A DNA stretch of 64,000 bases from an uncultured virus (IMG/VR IMGVR_UViG_3300040735_000039) (lineage: Duplodnaviria > Heunggongvirae > Uroviricota > Caudoviricetes). The notes below the pieces were generated by a model that saw only the letters and a program-made list of their open reading frames with translations, searched no databases and had not been told where the DNA came from. Where the stretch lies: IMG/VR virus record IMGVR_UViG_3300040735_000039; one strand, given 5' to 3'. Shown piece by piece: positions 45,862 through 54,763 of this stretch (the stretch's first letter is position 1; each line of letters begins with the position of its first letter). The translations under genes were made by a program, and so were the position numbers.

Positions 45862-48195
45862 ATGGCAGATAATTTCGGTCTGAAAATCGGCGTCGAGGGC
45901 GAGAAAGAGTTCAAAAAGGCGCTCTCGGACATCAATCAACAGTTCAAGGTTCTCGGCTCTGAGATGAAACTCGCCACCTCTCAGTTTGAGTCCAATGAAC
46001 GCAGTGTTGAGTCGCTCACCTCTAAAAACGAGGTTCTGACAAAGCAAATCGACGCGCAGAAGGAAAAAATAGAAACCCTGCGAAAGGCGCTGGAAAATGC
46101 CTCCGACTCCTTCGGCGAGAACGACCGCCGCACTCAGCAATGGGTCGTTGCGCTCAATAATGCCGAAGCAGAGCTCAACGGCATGGAGCGTGAGCTTAAG
46201 GACAACGAAAAAGCCATCGACGGCATGGGTGACGAAGCCGCAGAAACCGCGAAGCAGACGGATAAGCTGGGCGACGAGCTCGACCAGACCGGCGACCAAG
46301 CCGAGAATTCCGGCGGCAAGTTTCAAAAGCTCGGTTCTGTCCTGAAGGGCGTCGGCGCAGCGATGGGCGTTGCGCTTGCCGCTATCGGCACGGCTGCGGT
46401 CGCGGCTGGCAAGGCGCTTGTGGATATGACGGTGGAAGCCGCCGCCTACGCCGATGAAATGCTTACACAGTCCACGGTCACCGGCATGAGTGTGGAGAGC
46501 CTCCAAGCCTACAGCTACGCCGCTGACCTTGTGGACGTTTCTCTGGACACTCTCACCGGCTCTATGGCAAAGAACGTCAAGTCGATGGCGAGTGCTGCCG
46601 ACGGCTCCGCGAAATACGCAGACGCCTACGCGCAGATCGGTGTTTCGGTTACTGATGCCAATGGCAATCTCCGCGACAGTGAGGAGGTCTATTGGGAGGT
46701 CATTGATGCGCTTGGCGGAATATCAAATGAAACCGAGCGTGACGCTCTCGCCATGCAGCTATTCGGCAAATCAGCACAGGACTTGAATCCGCTTATCGCG
46801 CAAGGCTCAGAAGGCATCGCCGCGCTGACTGATGAAGCAAAGCGCATGGGCGCGGTGCTCTCGGAAGAAACCATCGCGAAACTGGGCGCTTTCGACGATT
46901 CCGTCCAGCGGCTCAAACAGGGCTCCGAGGCGGCAAAGCGCGTCATGGGTACAGTCCTGCTACCGCAACTCCAAGACCTCGCGGACGACGGCACAAAGCT
47001 GCTCGGTGAATTCACCTCCGGGCTGGTCGAAGCCGGAGACGACTTCGATAAAATCAGCGAGGTCATCGGCAACACGGTCGGCGGGCTGGCGGACATGATA
47101 ATGGAACACCTGCCGAAAATTATACAGGTCGGCATGGACATTGTCATGGCGATAGGCAAAGCTATCGTGGAAAATCTCCCAACGCTGGTGGAGTGCGCTT
47201 CTTCCATTATTATGACGCTGGTACAGGGACTCGTTGAGGCACTCCCGGCTATCACGGACAGCGCCGTTCAGCTTGTTATGACACTCGTTCAGGGAATTAT
47301 CGACAATCTGCCTGCCATCGTGGAAGCGGCAATCAATATGATCGTCACTCTCGCTATGGGTATCGCGGACGCACTTCCGGAGCTGATACCTTCCATCGTG
47401 GAGGCTATTATCCTCATCTGTCAGGTGCTGCTGGATAACATGGATAAAATCCTCGAAGCTGCCTTTGCCATCATCAAAGGTTTGGCAGAGGGACTTTTGA
47501 ATGCGCTGCCGGAGCTGGTAGCGGCTCTGCCCGAAATCATCACCACCATTATCAATTTTATCACAGACAACCTGCCCGCCATTATCGAAATGGGTATCGA
47601 GCTGATCGTTCAGCTTGCGGTCGGGCTAATTCAAGCGATTCCGCAGCTTGTGGCTGCTCTGCCGCAAATCATCGCGGCAATCGTCGAAGGTCTCGGCTCC
47701 GCAGTAGGTGCGGTCTTTGAAATCGGCAAGAACATTGTTTCGGGACTCTGGCAAGGCATACAGTCGCTTGCTTCGTGGCTGTGGGACAAGGTATCCGGCT
47801 GGATTTCGTCTATCTGGGACGGCATCTGTGACTTCTTCGGCATCCACTCCCCATCAAAGGAAATGGGCTGGATCGGCAAGATGATGGTCGAGGGTCTCGC
47901 CAGGTCTATCGACAGCAACGGCAAAGATGCGGTAAGCGCCGTAACCGACATGGCGAAGGACATCGACGGCGCGATGAAAGACCTCGCGGGAGATATGGAA
48001 ACCGCACTGCCTACCGATTTCAAGCTGAATGTGGACACAGACATCGGCAAGGTTGCAAACGACAGCGTCGTCGATGTAAAGAAAACCGTGGAGCACACCG
48101 GCGTTATCCGTGTGGAGGGTATCAATTCCGAGGGCGAGATGGCGTCGGTCGTTGACATTATTATCAATCAGCTCAGACAGGAGGTGCGTGTATGA
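45862..48195 (+). CDS. Tail tape measure protein
   Basis: 777 aa, helical; periodic LP.I repeats; FFGIHSPS. Confidence 0.92.
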   Translation: MADNFGLKIGVEGEKEFKKALSDINQQFKVLGSEMKLATSQFESNERSVESLTSKNEVLTKQIDAQKEKIETLRKALENASDSFGENDRRTQQWVVALNNAEAELNGMERELKDNEKAIDGMGDEAAETAKQTDKLGDELDQTGDQAENSGGKFQKLGSVLKGVGAAMGVALAAIGTAAVAAGKALVDMTVEAAAYADEMLTQSTVTGMSVESLQAYSYAADLVDVSLDTLTGSMAKNVKSMASAADGSAKYADAYAQIGVSVTDANGNLRDSEEVYWEVIDALGGISNETERDALAMQLFGKSAQDLNPLIAQGSEGIAALTDEAKRMGAVLSEETIAKLGAFDDSVQRLKQGSEAAKRVMGTVLLPQLQDLADDGTKLLGEFTSGLVEAGDDFDKISEVIGNTVGGLADMIMEHLPKIIQVGMDIVMAIGKAIVENLPTLVECASSIIMTLVQGLVEALPAITDSAVQLVMTLVQGIIDNLPAIVEAAINMIVTLAMGIADALPELIPSIVEAIILICQVLLDNMDKILEAAFAIIKGLAEGLLNALPELVAALPEIITTIINFITDNLPAIIEMGIELIVQLAVGLIQAIPQLVAALPQIIAAIVEGLGSAVGAVFEIGKNIVSGLWQGIQSLASWLWDKVSGWISSIWDGICDFFGIHSPSKEMGWIGKMMVEGLARSIDSNGKDAVSAVTDMAKDIDGAMKDLAGDMETALPTDFKLNVDTDIGKVANDSVVDVKKTVEHTGVIRVEGINSEGEMASVVDIIINQLRQEVRV

Positions 48196-48533
48196 GTTAT
48201 TTGAAAAACGCTGACACGAATACGCTCATCACGCGCTTCGTGTCACTTGAGGAAAAGCAGGAGGTTATCCGCACGGCTCAGACGCTTCTTTCGGGTGGCG
48301 TGTATATTCAGCGCATCGGTGAGCCGACTGTTTCCTATGCCGTTACCGCCTATGTGAATCGCACAGGAAAAGCGCAGCTTTTGACAGCGGAGGACACCGC
48401 CGCGCTGCTGTCTGTTTCCGTCAAGCACGGCGTTTACTATGGGCGCGTTACCGATTTGTCCTTTTCCGAGCGTATGGCTGGAGACTGGCTCAAGGCGACG
48501 CTGACGCTGGCAAAGGAGGTCGAAGCCGAATGA
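48192..48533 (+). CDS. Tail protein (distal-tail position)
   Basis: Overlapping start/stop synteny after the tape measure gene. Confidence 0.7.
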   Translation: MSYLKNADTNTLITRFVSLEEKQEVIRTAQTLLSGGVYIQRIGEPTVSYAVTAYVNRTGKAQLLTAEDTAALLSVSVKHGVYYGRVTDLSFSERMAGDWLKATLTLAKEVEAE

Positions 48534-49921
48534 GGACGATTCCCTATGAGCTGCGTCAGAAACTGCTCAAGGATATTCAGACAAAAAGCACCGATGCCGA
48601 ACCGCAGCTCCGGGTGGTTGCGACGCAGTCCACCACCAACACGCTGCTTTCAGAAATCATCCACAAGGATATTCCCGCGTCCTATGGCGACGTGGCAATC
48701 CGTCAGCTTGCGGGAGAAAAAGAGCCGTCGCTTGCCTATGCCGTTTGCCTCGATAACGGCACGGCTACCGTATATGAGCGGCAGTTTCCGTCCTATCTGG
48801 ATAAGCCCTGGAACTTCATCTGGACACTTGGCGGGGCGTCAGAGGTCGCGATTGAGTTCAACGGCACATGGCAAATCAATGCTACAAAGCAGTGGTATTA
48901 CCTGCAAACCGAACTGACGCCGTATCTCTTTTTCGTGCAAGGCGGAACGCTGTATGTACAGAAATGGCAGGATGCTTCCACAAGGGTGCCGCTTGCCACA
49001 GGCGTTTCGGAGATATCCGCCTGCCGTGGCTGGCAGTCCTCAGATGAACCGCTGCTCGACCAAGGGCTGATTGTCGGTTATCTCAAGGGTGGTAATGTGT
49101 ACTACCGCGCTCTGTGCCTACAGGAAAGCGGCGAGCTCCTATGGGAAACGGAACGGCAGGTTTCGGAGCTTGGCAGCGGCAACACCTCGCTTTGTGTGTT
49201 CCGCACAAATGATTTTCGTGTCGGCTTTATCTGCGAGAACGGCGGTACCTTCAAATATGTGCTGTCCTCGCGTACCTATGCCGGACAGAGTGTCAGAAGC
49301 GAGAGCGTATACAGTCAGGTCGTTCAGGATTGCCGTTTGTCAGTGAAGCCGATAGAATATCGCAGCGCCTTTGACGATAAGAGCGCCTATGCGACCGGGT
49401 TTCCACCACTTGCCGATTGTTATATCGGCAACTGCATGATATTTCCGTCGTTTTCCGTTGTCTCGACGCAGAGACAGAATGGAAATCAGTTTTATATCAC
49501 CGTCAATTGCCTACTGTTAAAGCGCCGCGAACTGGAAAGCTATTTCACTGTCACGCCGGATGTTGTTGAAACGACCCGCCCGCAGGTTTCTGCGGTTACT
49601 GTCAGCGGGAGCACGATTTGCATTACGACGGATGTGCCGATTTCCTCGCGGCAAAAGGTTGTGTTTGCGCTTGGCAGCTATAGCCGCCTGTGCTTTCTTT
49701 CGCCGCAGGCAAGCCCACTGGAGGTGCCGAACTTCACCGCTGTGTTCGAGCCGGACTATGTGACGGATGATCAGCCTGAAATGACGGTCAGCTATCTGGT
49801 GACGCAACTTGTGAACACCGCCATCGACTACCCGGAAACCACACAGGAAGAAAAGCTGTCACTCACCATCACCTATACCTGTTCGCTCTCAGCAACGCAG
49901 GTCGGTGATGTACCCGTATAG
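48530..49921 (+). CDS. Tail/baseplate protein
   Basis: 463-aa ORF in the tail operon. Confidence 0.7.
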   Translation: MRTIPYELRQKLLKDIQTKSTDAEPQLRVVATQSTTNTLLSEIIHKDIPASYGDVAIRQLAGEKEPSLAYAVCLDNGTATVYERQFPSYLDKPWNFIWTLGGASEVAIEFNGTWQINATKQWYYLQTELTPYLFFVQGGTLYVQKWQDASTRVPLATGVSEISACRGWQSSDEPLLDQGLIVGYLKGGNVYYRALCLQESGELLWETERQVSELGSGNTSLCVFRTNDFRVGFICENGGTFKYVLSSRTYAGQSVRSESVYSQVVQDCRLSVKPIEYRSAFDDKSAYATGFPPLADCYIGNCMIFPSFSVVSTQRQNGNQFYITVNCLLLKRRELESYFTVTPDVVETTRPQVSAVTVSGSTICITTDVPISSRQKVVFALGSYSRLCFLSPQASPLEVPNFTAVFEPDYVTDDQPEMTVSYLVTQLVNTAIDYPETTQEEKLSLTITYTCSLSATQVGDVPV

Positions 49922-49935
49922 GGAGGGAAAATTTC

Positions 49936-51450
49936 ATGGAAAGAATCATTAACCCAAAGGTGCATAACCGCTTTGATATCGAGGTGACAGACGCTGTTAC
50001 GGGTGAAGTGAAGCAGCAGGTCACTTCGTACAACATCGTCCTCGACCAGTTTTTTACGCGGCTTATCGGAAGAACGTCCAAGCTCGGCTATATTCATCTG
50101 GGAACAGGCACAGGCACTCCTGCTGTCACAGATACCTCGATGTTTACCTTTCTTGGCGCGAGAGGCGCTTCTGTGGTGGATACCGTCAAAGACTATCCCA
50201 CAAGCTACATCCGCAAGAAAATCGTGCTGTCCCCGGCGGATTTTGTCGGAGCGAATATCACGGAGGTCGGCTTCGGCTACAGCAGCTCCAACGGCAGTCT
50301 GGTCACGCACTCCATGCTCAAGGACAGTGAGGGCAATCAGATTGCCATCGAGAAAACGGACACCGATGTGCTGACGGTATACGCTACCTTTTATGTCACA
50401 ATTGGAGCGGCTGTGGAGGGTGTATATGTGCTGCCGACCGCTGACAACAACGCCGTTATTACCGCCATTCTGCAGGACAGCTACTCCACCTTGAATGAGG
50501 TCCTCGGAATGTCCAATCAGATACTGACTGCGGACGAACTGAGCGGTACGGCGCTGAGCACTAAGACAAACATCACACCCAGCGGCGATTACACCAACCG
50601 ACGCTGGCAGTTTGCCACGCAGCGGTGGAATTACGACACCGCCAACAGCCACATGATCAGCGCCATCGGCTGTCCGACTATCGCAGCATGGCTACTCCCG
50701 AATACGGACATTTTCCCACACATCCAGCTATCCAATGTTGCGGTCGGTCTGGGAGACGGCGAAAAGACCGTGTTCAACTGCCCGCTGCCGCTGGTGGTCG
50801 AGAATTCCGAGGCAATCCGTGTTGACGGCGTTTTGCAGACGCGCGGCGAGGACTACACCTTCGTTCACGACAACAACGCCGCTGAATACCCGGAACTGTT
50901 CATCAGCGCTGATCCCAAAAACTGCGAGGTGTCAGGCGGCTACACACACACGAGCTATTACTACTATCCGTTTCTCGTCTGGGGAGAGTATTACAAGGGC
51001 AAAAACTGCATCAGTTCGTCCTCGCCAATCGTTTTTGATTACGGCCATGCTATCACGGTAAATCGAATCGTAATACCGACTGGCTCGTTCTATTTCGGTG
51101 GTTGGGGCAGTCCATCTACCAACGCTGTTATTTCCTATTCGCAGGACAATGAAACATGGACGGATATTCTGACGGCAGAAACCGCTCTGTACAGCAGCGT
51201 TCATGCTGATGTGACGCTTGATACGCCGGTCACCGCGCGATATTGGCGACTGTCTGTCAGTTCCGCCACACAGCTTGGCGGTGGCTCCTGCCCAAACATC
51301 CGACTTGGCTATGTCACACCGGGTATTGTTTTCACCAATCCACCCGCCGCAGGTGCCGCTATCGAGATGGACTGCAAACTCGACCGCCCCATCAAGAACG
51401 AAAACTGGGTACTGGATTTTAGCTTTGCCGTACAGTTCGAGAGGAGTTGA
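49936..51450 (+). CDS. Tail/receptor-binding protein with a discoidin-like C-terminal insert
   Basis: YIHLGTGTGTPA, ITEVG, KTDTDVLTVY; ISYSQDNETWT...ARYWRL. Confidence 0.7.
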   Translation: MERIINPKVHNRFDIEVTDAVTGEVKQQVTSYNIVLDQFFTRLIGRTSKLGYIHLGTGTGTPAVTDTSMFTFLGARGASVVDTVKDYPTSYIRKKIVLSPADFVGANITEVGFGYSSSNGSLVTHSMLKDSEGNQIAIEKTDTDVLTVYATFYVTIGAAVEGVYVLPTADNNAVITAILQDSYSTLNEVLGMSNQILTADELSGTALSTKTNITPSGDYTNRRWQFATQRWNYDTANSHMISAIGCPTIAAWLLPNTDIFPHIQLSNVAVGLGDGEKTVFNCPLPLVVENSEAIRVDGVLQTRGEDYTFVHDNNAAEYPELFISADPKNCEVSGGYTHTSYYYYPFLVWGEYYKGKNCISSSSPIVFDYGHAITVNRIVIPTGSFYFGGWGSPSTNAVISYSQDNETWTDILTAETALYSSVHADVTLDTPVTARYWRLSVSSATQLGGGSCPNIRLGYVTPGIVFTNPPAAGAAIEMDCKLDRPIKNENWVLDFSFAVQFERS

Positions 51451-51454
51451 TTTC

Positions 51455-52804
51455 ATGCTCCTCTCATTTTCTTATGCCGCTACTCTTGGCAGCGGACACA
51501 AGCCGCAGGTGGTGCATATGCCGGACAACGGTTTTCGCATCATCTATGTTAACGACAACGGTTTGGTCAACGCGCTTGTGACCTTCCCTTCGCTCGGTCT
51601 GTACGGAAATCTATCGTGGAAAAGCAAGGGCAGAATGTCGCCGGATGAAAGCATCTCCTATCCGTCGCTCAAAAAAGTGGCGCATTACGGCGCATACGGC
51701 TTTTGGAGTGCGGCGAGTGTGGACGGCATCACCATCGACCACAAATTTGTGATGTTTATGCTGCCGACGGATATTTCCGAAACACTCCTTGACGGCAGCA
51801 TCAGCTACTCCAAGGACAGCGCCGTTTCCAGCGCGTCCTTCAATTTTGCTAATATCAACGGCTATCTGCTGCGGCGGTATCGCTCTCTGGTATCGCCTAA
51901 CGCAAAAATCGAACTGTACCTCGCGCTCGGCTCGTCTGATGAAATCTCGCTGGGCAAGTGGTATATCGACCGCGTTTCCACCGCCATTCCCGGCAACAAC
52001 ATTTCAGTCACAACGCGCAACGCCATCGGCAAGCTACTCAAGGAACAGACCTTTGACGAGCAGACCGCCTTTGCAGAAGCCACGCTAACCGACAATCTGA
52101 AAGCGATTCTCGCCTATAGCGGCGTGGAGGACTATTTCGTTGGTGATACCGGACGAAGCTGGGGACTTTCCTTTGAGCCAAGCAACACGCTGCTGGAAGG
52201 CATTGAGGACATTATCCGGCTGTTCGGCGGCTGGAAAATCGGCGAAACCTCCGACGGTGTTATCGGTATCGGCAGCGTTAGCGACGCCCGCTTTGAACAG
52301 CCGTCCACCTATCATTTTGAACGTGACAAAAACTGCTGGAGCTACTCGACCGAATACTGCGACGAAGAAACCTATTCTCGTGTCTGTGTTTCCTGCAAAG
52401 AGCCGGAAAACACGCTTTATGTTGATTTGCCGCCGCACAAGCTCTGGCCGATGGCGACGCATCGAACGCTGTATGTGACGGTGCCGGACGGTACGAGCTA
52501 CACGGAACTACAGTCTTACGCGAACAATCTCGCGGACAGTATTGCCATTACCGGCAGAACAGAAACCTTTGCAGGACGCTTTACGCCGCAGATGATTATC
52601 GGCGACGCCATTGAAATGACCGCCGACGGCGAAACGGAAAATATCGGCGTAGTTACCTCCGTGCGGCACACGCTGGGACGGAAAGGCTTCTTCACCGAAT
52701 TTACCGTGGACAGCGGCGGTCGGCGCGGAAAGCCCACGCTGAAGGACTATGTTTCGCAGATATCCGGCAATAAGACGTCGAAATCTGTTATTACAAACGA
52801 ATGA
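51455..52804 (+). CDS. Tail protein (baseplate hub-like)
   Basis: ATG 51455 after AGGAG; FTPQMIIGD...VTSVRHTLGRKGFFTEFTV. Confidence 0.7.
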   Translation: MLLSFSYAATLGSGHKPQVVHMPDNGFRIIYVNDNGLVNALVTFPSLGLYGNLSWKSKGRMSPDESISYPSLKKVAHYGAYGFWSAASVDGITIDHKFVMFMLPTDISETLLDGSISYSKDSAVSSASFNFANINGYLLRRYRSLVSPNAKIELYLALGSSDEISLGKWYIDRVSTAIPGNNISVTTRNAIGKLLKEQTFDEQTAFAEATLTDNLKAILAYSGVEDYFVGDTGRSWGLSFEPSNTLLEGIEDIIRLFGGWKIGETSDGVIGIGSVSDARFEQPSTYHFERDKNCWSYSTEYCDEETYSRVCVSCKEPENTLYVDLPPHKLWPMATHRTLYVTVPDGTSYTELQSYANNLADSIAITGRTETFAGRFTPQMIIGDAIEMTADGETENIGVVTSVRHTLGRKGFFTEFTVDSGGRRGKPTLKDYVSQISGNKTSKSVITNE

Positions 52805-52818
52805 GGAGGATTATCATC

Positions 52819-53232
52819 ATGAAAGAAATCTGGAACTGGATTCAAATTGTATTTGCCGCCATTGGAGGCGGCATCGGCTGGTTTCTCGGAGGAGCGGACG
52901 GCTTCCTTTACGCGCTCATCGCCTTTGTGGTCATCGACTACATCACAGGCGTCATGTGCGCGATTGTAGACAAAAAGCTCTCCAGCGAAGTCGGTTTCAA
53001 GGGTATCTGTAAAAAGGTGCTCGTTTTTATTTTGGTAGGCGTAGGCAACATTATCGACGTTCAGGTGCTGGGACAGGCTGGAGTGCTTCGCACGGCGGTT
53101 ATTTTCTTCTACCTGTCCAACGAGGGCGTGTCGCTGCTTGAAAACGCCGGACATCTCGGCTTGCCCATCCCGGCAAAGCTGAAAGCGGTGCTGGAACAGC
53201 TCCACGACCGCAGCGAAAAGGAGGACAAGTAA
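52819..53232 (+). CDS. Phage holin (family 4-like)
   Basis: TM segments; DYITG, LSSEVGFKGICKK, NEGVSLLENAG.LGLPIP. Confidence 0.92.
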   Translation: MKEIWNWIQIVFAAIGGGIGWFLGGADGFLYALIAFVVIDYITGVMCAIVDKKLSSEVGFKGICKKVLVFILVGVGNIIDVQVLGQAGVLRTAVIFFYLSNEGVSLLENAGHLGLPIPAKLKAVLEQLHDRSEKEDK

Positions 53233-53946
53233 ATGAATCTGCATAAATTTTTACTCACGAACAACGACTGCTACAAGTCTGGCAAAACCATGACGCCGAA
53301 GGGCATTATGGTACATTCGACCGGTGCAAACAATCCGAATCTGAAACGCTATGTTGGACCCAACGACGGACTGCTCGGCGTCAATCAGTACGGAAACCAC
53401 TGGAATCAGCACATGGACAGGCAGGTGTGCGTCCATGCCTTTATCGGCAAGCTGAAGGACGGTAGCATTGCCATCTACCAGACGCTCCCGTGGAACATGG
53501 TCGGCTGGCACAGCGGCTCCGGCTCAAAAGGTAACGCCAACTATCTCGGCTATATTGGCTTTGAAATTTGCGAGGACGGTTTGACCGATGCCGCGTATTT
53601 CAATAAGGTCTACACCGAAGCCGTGGAGCTTTGCGTTTACCTCTGTAAGCAGTACAACCTTACAGAGAAGAACATCATCTGCCACAGTGAGGGCCACACG
53701 CTCGGCATCGCGTCCAATCACGGCGACGTCATGCACTGGTTTCCGAAGCACGGCAAGAACATGGATACCTTCCGTGCGGCGGTCAAGGCTGGACTGGCGG
53801 CAGATGCTCCCGTAACGCCTGCCACGCCGAAGAAGTATTACCGTGTCCAGCTCGGTGCATTTTCCGTTAAGGCGAACGCTGACGCCATGCTGGGAAAGGT
53901 CAAAGCGGCTGGCTTCACCGACGCCTTTGTGAAGTACAGCGAGTAA
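53233..53946 (+). CDS. Endolysin: N-acetylmuramoyl-L-alanine amidase + SPOR domain
   Basis: IMVHSTG, VHAFIG, GFEICED, ICHSEG; YRVQLGAFSVKANA. Confidence 0.92.
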   Translation: MNLHKFLLTNNDCYKSGKTMTPKGIMVHSTGANNPNLKRYVGPNDGLLGVNQYGNHWNQHMDRQVCVHAFIGKLKDGSIAIYQTLPWNMVGWHSGSGSKGNANYLGYIGFEICEDGLTDAAYFNKVYTEAVELCVYLCKQYNLTEKNIICHSEGHTLGIASNHGDVMHWFPKHGKNMDTFRAAVKAGLAADAPVTPATPKKYYRVQLGAFSVKANADAMLGKVKAAGFTDAFVKYSE

Positions 53947-54006
53947 AGAGTACGCCGTAGCAGCGCGAACGTCCATAAACCAGCGGTCAAGTTGTTGACT
54001 TACAGT

Positions 54007-54049
54007 TAATGCCCATCGGAGAATTTTCTCTGGTGGGCATTATTTTTTT
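54007..54049 (+). terminator. Intrinsic terminator after the lysis module
   Basis: TAATGCCCATCGGAGA-ATTT-TCTCTGGTGGGCATTA-TTTTTTT. Confidence 0.85.
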
Positions 54050-54056
54050 GCTTATT

Positions 54057-54100
54057 TTTTGTACGGCGGGCTCCTTTTTTTCCAGTGGGTAGTGAGGACA
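54057..54100 (+). promoter_or_regulatory. Class-1 phage promoter-like motif, copy 3
   Basis: TTTGTACGgcgggctcctttttttCCAGTGGGTAgtgaggaca. Confidence 0.75.
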
Positions 54101-54126
54101 AGGGTTCTCGGACTGGAGGAAATCTC

Positions 54127-54549
54127 ATGACAAATGAGCAAAGAGAACACATCACTACCATGCGACTGGGCGGCATCGGCTATACAGCCATTGCTAAAGC
54201 GGTCGGGCTGTCAAAGGACAGCGTGAAGGCCTATTGCCGCACTCATGGCCTTGCCGGGATAAAAGCACAAAGCAATACTCGAATCTCACCGACGCAAAGA
54301 TTTTGCTTGAATTGTGGAAAGTCGCTGGTACAGCTACCGCATCGGAAAGCTGCGAAGTTCTGCTGTGGCGAATGCCGTCAGGTATGGTGGAATGCGCACC
54401 CAGAGCAGGTCAATAAAAAGGCACTCTACTCCTTCACCTGCGTTTGCTGTGGTAAGCCCTTTACAGCATACGGCAATTCGTCACGAAAATATTGTTCTCA
54501 TGATTGTTATATTGCAGATCGTTTCAAAGGCGGTGAGCAGCATGACTGA
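54127..54549 (+). CDS. HTH + zinc-finger protein
   Basis: GYTAIAKAVGLSKDSVKAYCR; CLNCG, FCCGEC, CVCCG, YCSHDC. Confidence 0.8.
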   Translation: MTNEQREHITTMRLGGIGYTAIAKAVGLSKDSVKAYCRTHGLAGIKAQSNTRISPTQRFCLNCGKSLVQLPHRKAAKFCCGECRQVWWNAHPEQVNKKALYSFTCVCCGKPFTAYGNSSRKYCSHDCYIADRFKGGEQHD

Positions 54550-54718
54550 AGGCCAGTTCACCGCCGAAAAGCAATATCAAACTTCGCTGCTTCTGGCAAA
54601 AGAGCTTCTTGAAAAAGGGCTTTTGACGCGGGAGGAATACACCGTAATTAATACAATTCTGCTTCAAAAATACGGACCACCGTTGGGCACATTATTCTCC
54701 GAAATTGCCTTGCTATAA
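54542..54718 (+). CDS. SHOCT-like small protein
   Basis: AKELLEKGLLTREEY...LLQKY. Confidence 0.75.
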   Translation: MTEGQFTAEKQYQTSLLLAKELLEKGLLTREEYTVINTILLQKYGPPLGTLFSEIALL

Positions 54719-54743
54719 TCCGCTTTTAGAGTGATATATAGTA
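54703..54743 (+). promoter_or_regulatory. Class-2 promoter-like motif, copy 3, directly before the recombinases
   Basis: AATTGCCTTGCTATaatccgcTTTTAGAGTGAT. Confidence 0.72.
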
Positions 54744-54763
54744 GTGGAAAGGAGTGATTTTTC

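Noticed and set aside
47090..47760. Repeats in the tape measure gene
   Set aside because: Ordinary protein-level amphipathic periodicity
48530..52804. Diversity-generating retroelement or tail-fibre shufflon
   Set aside because: No reverse transcriptase, and no template/variable repeat pair noticed by eye; a self-alignment would be needed to exclude it fully
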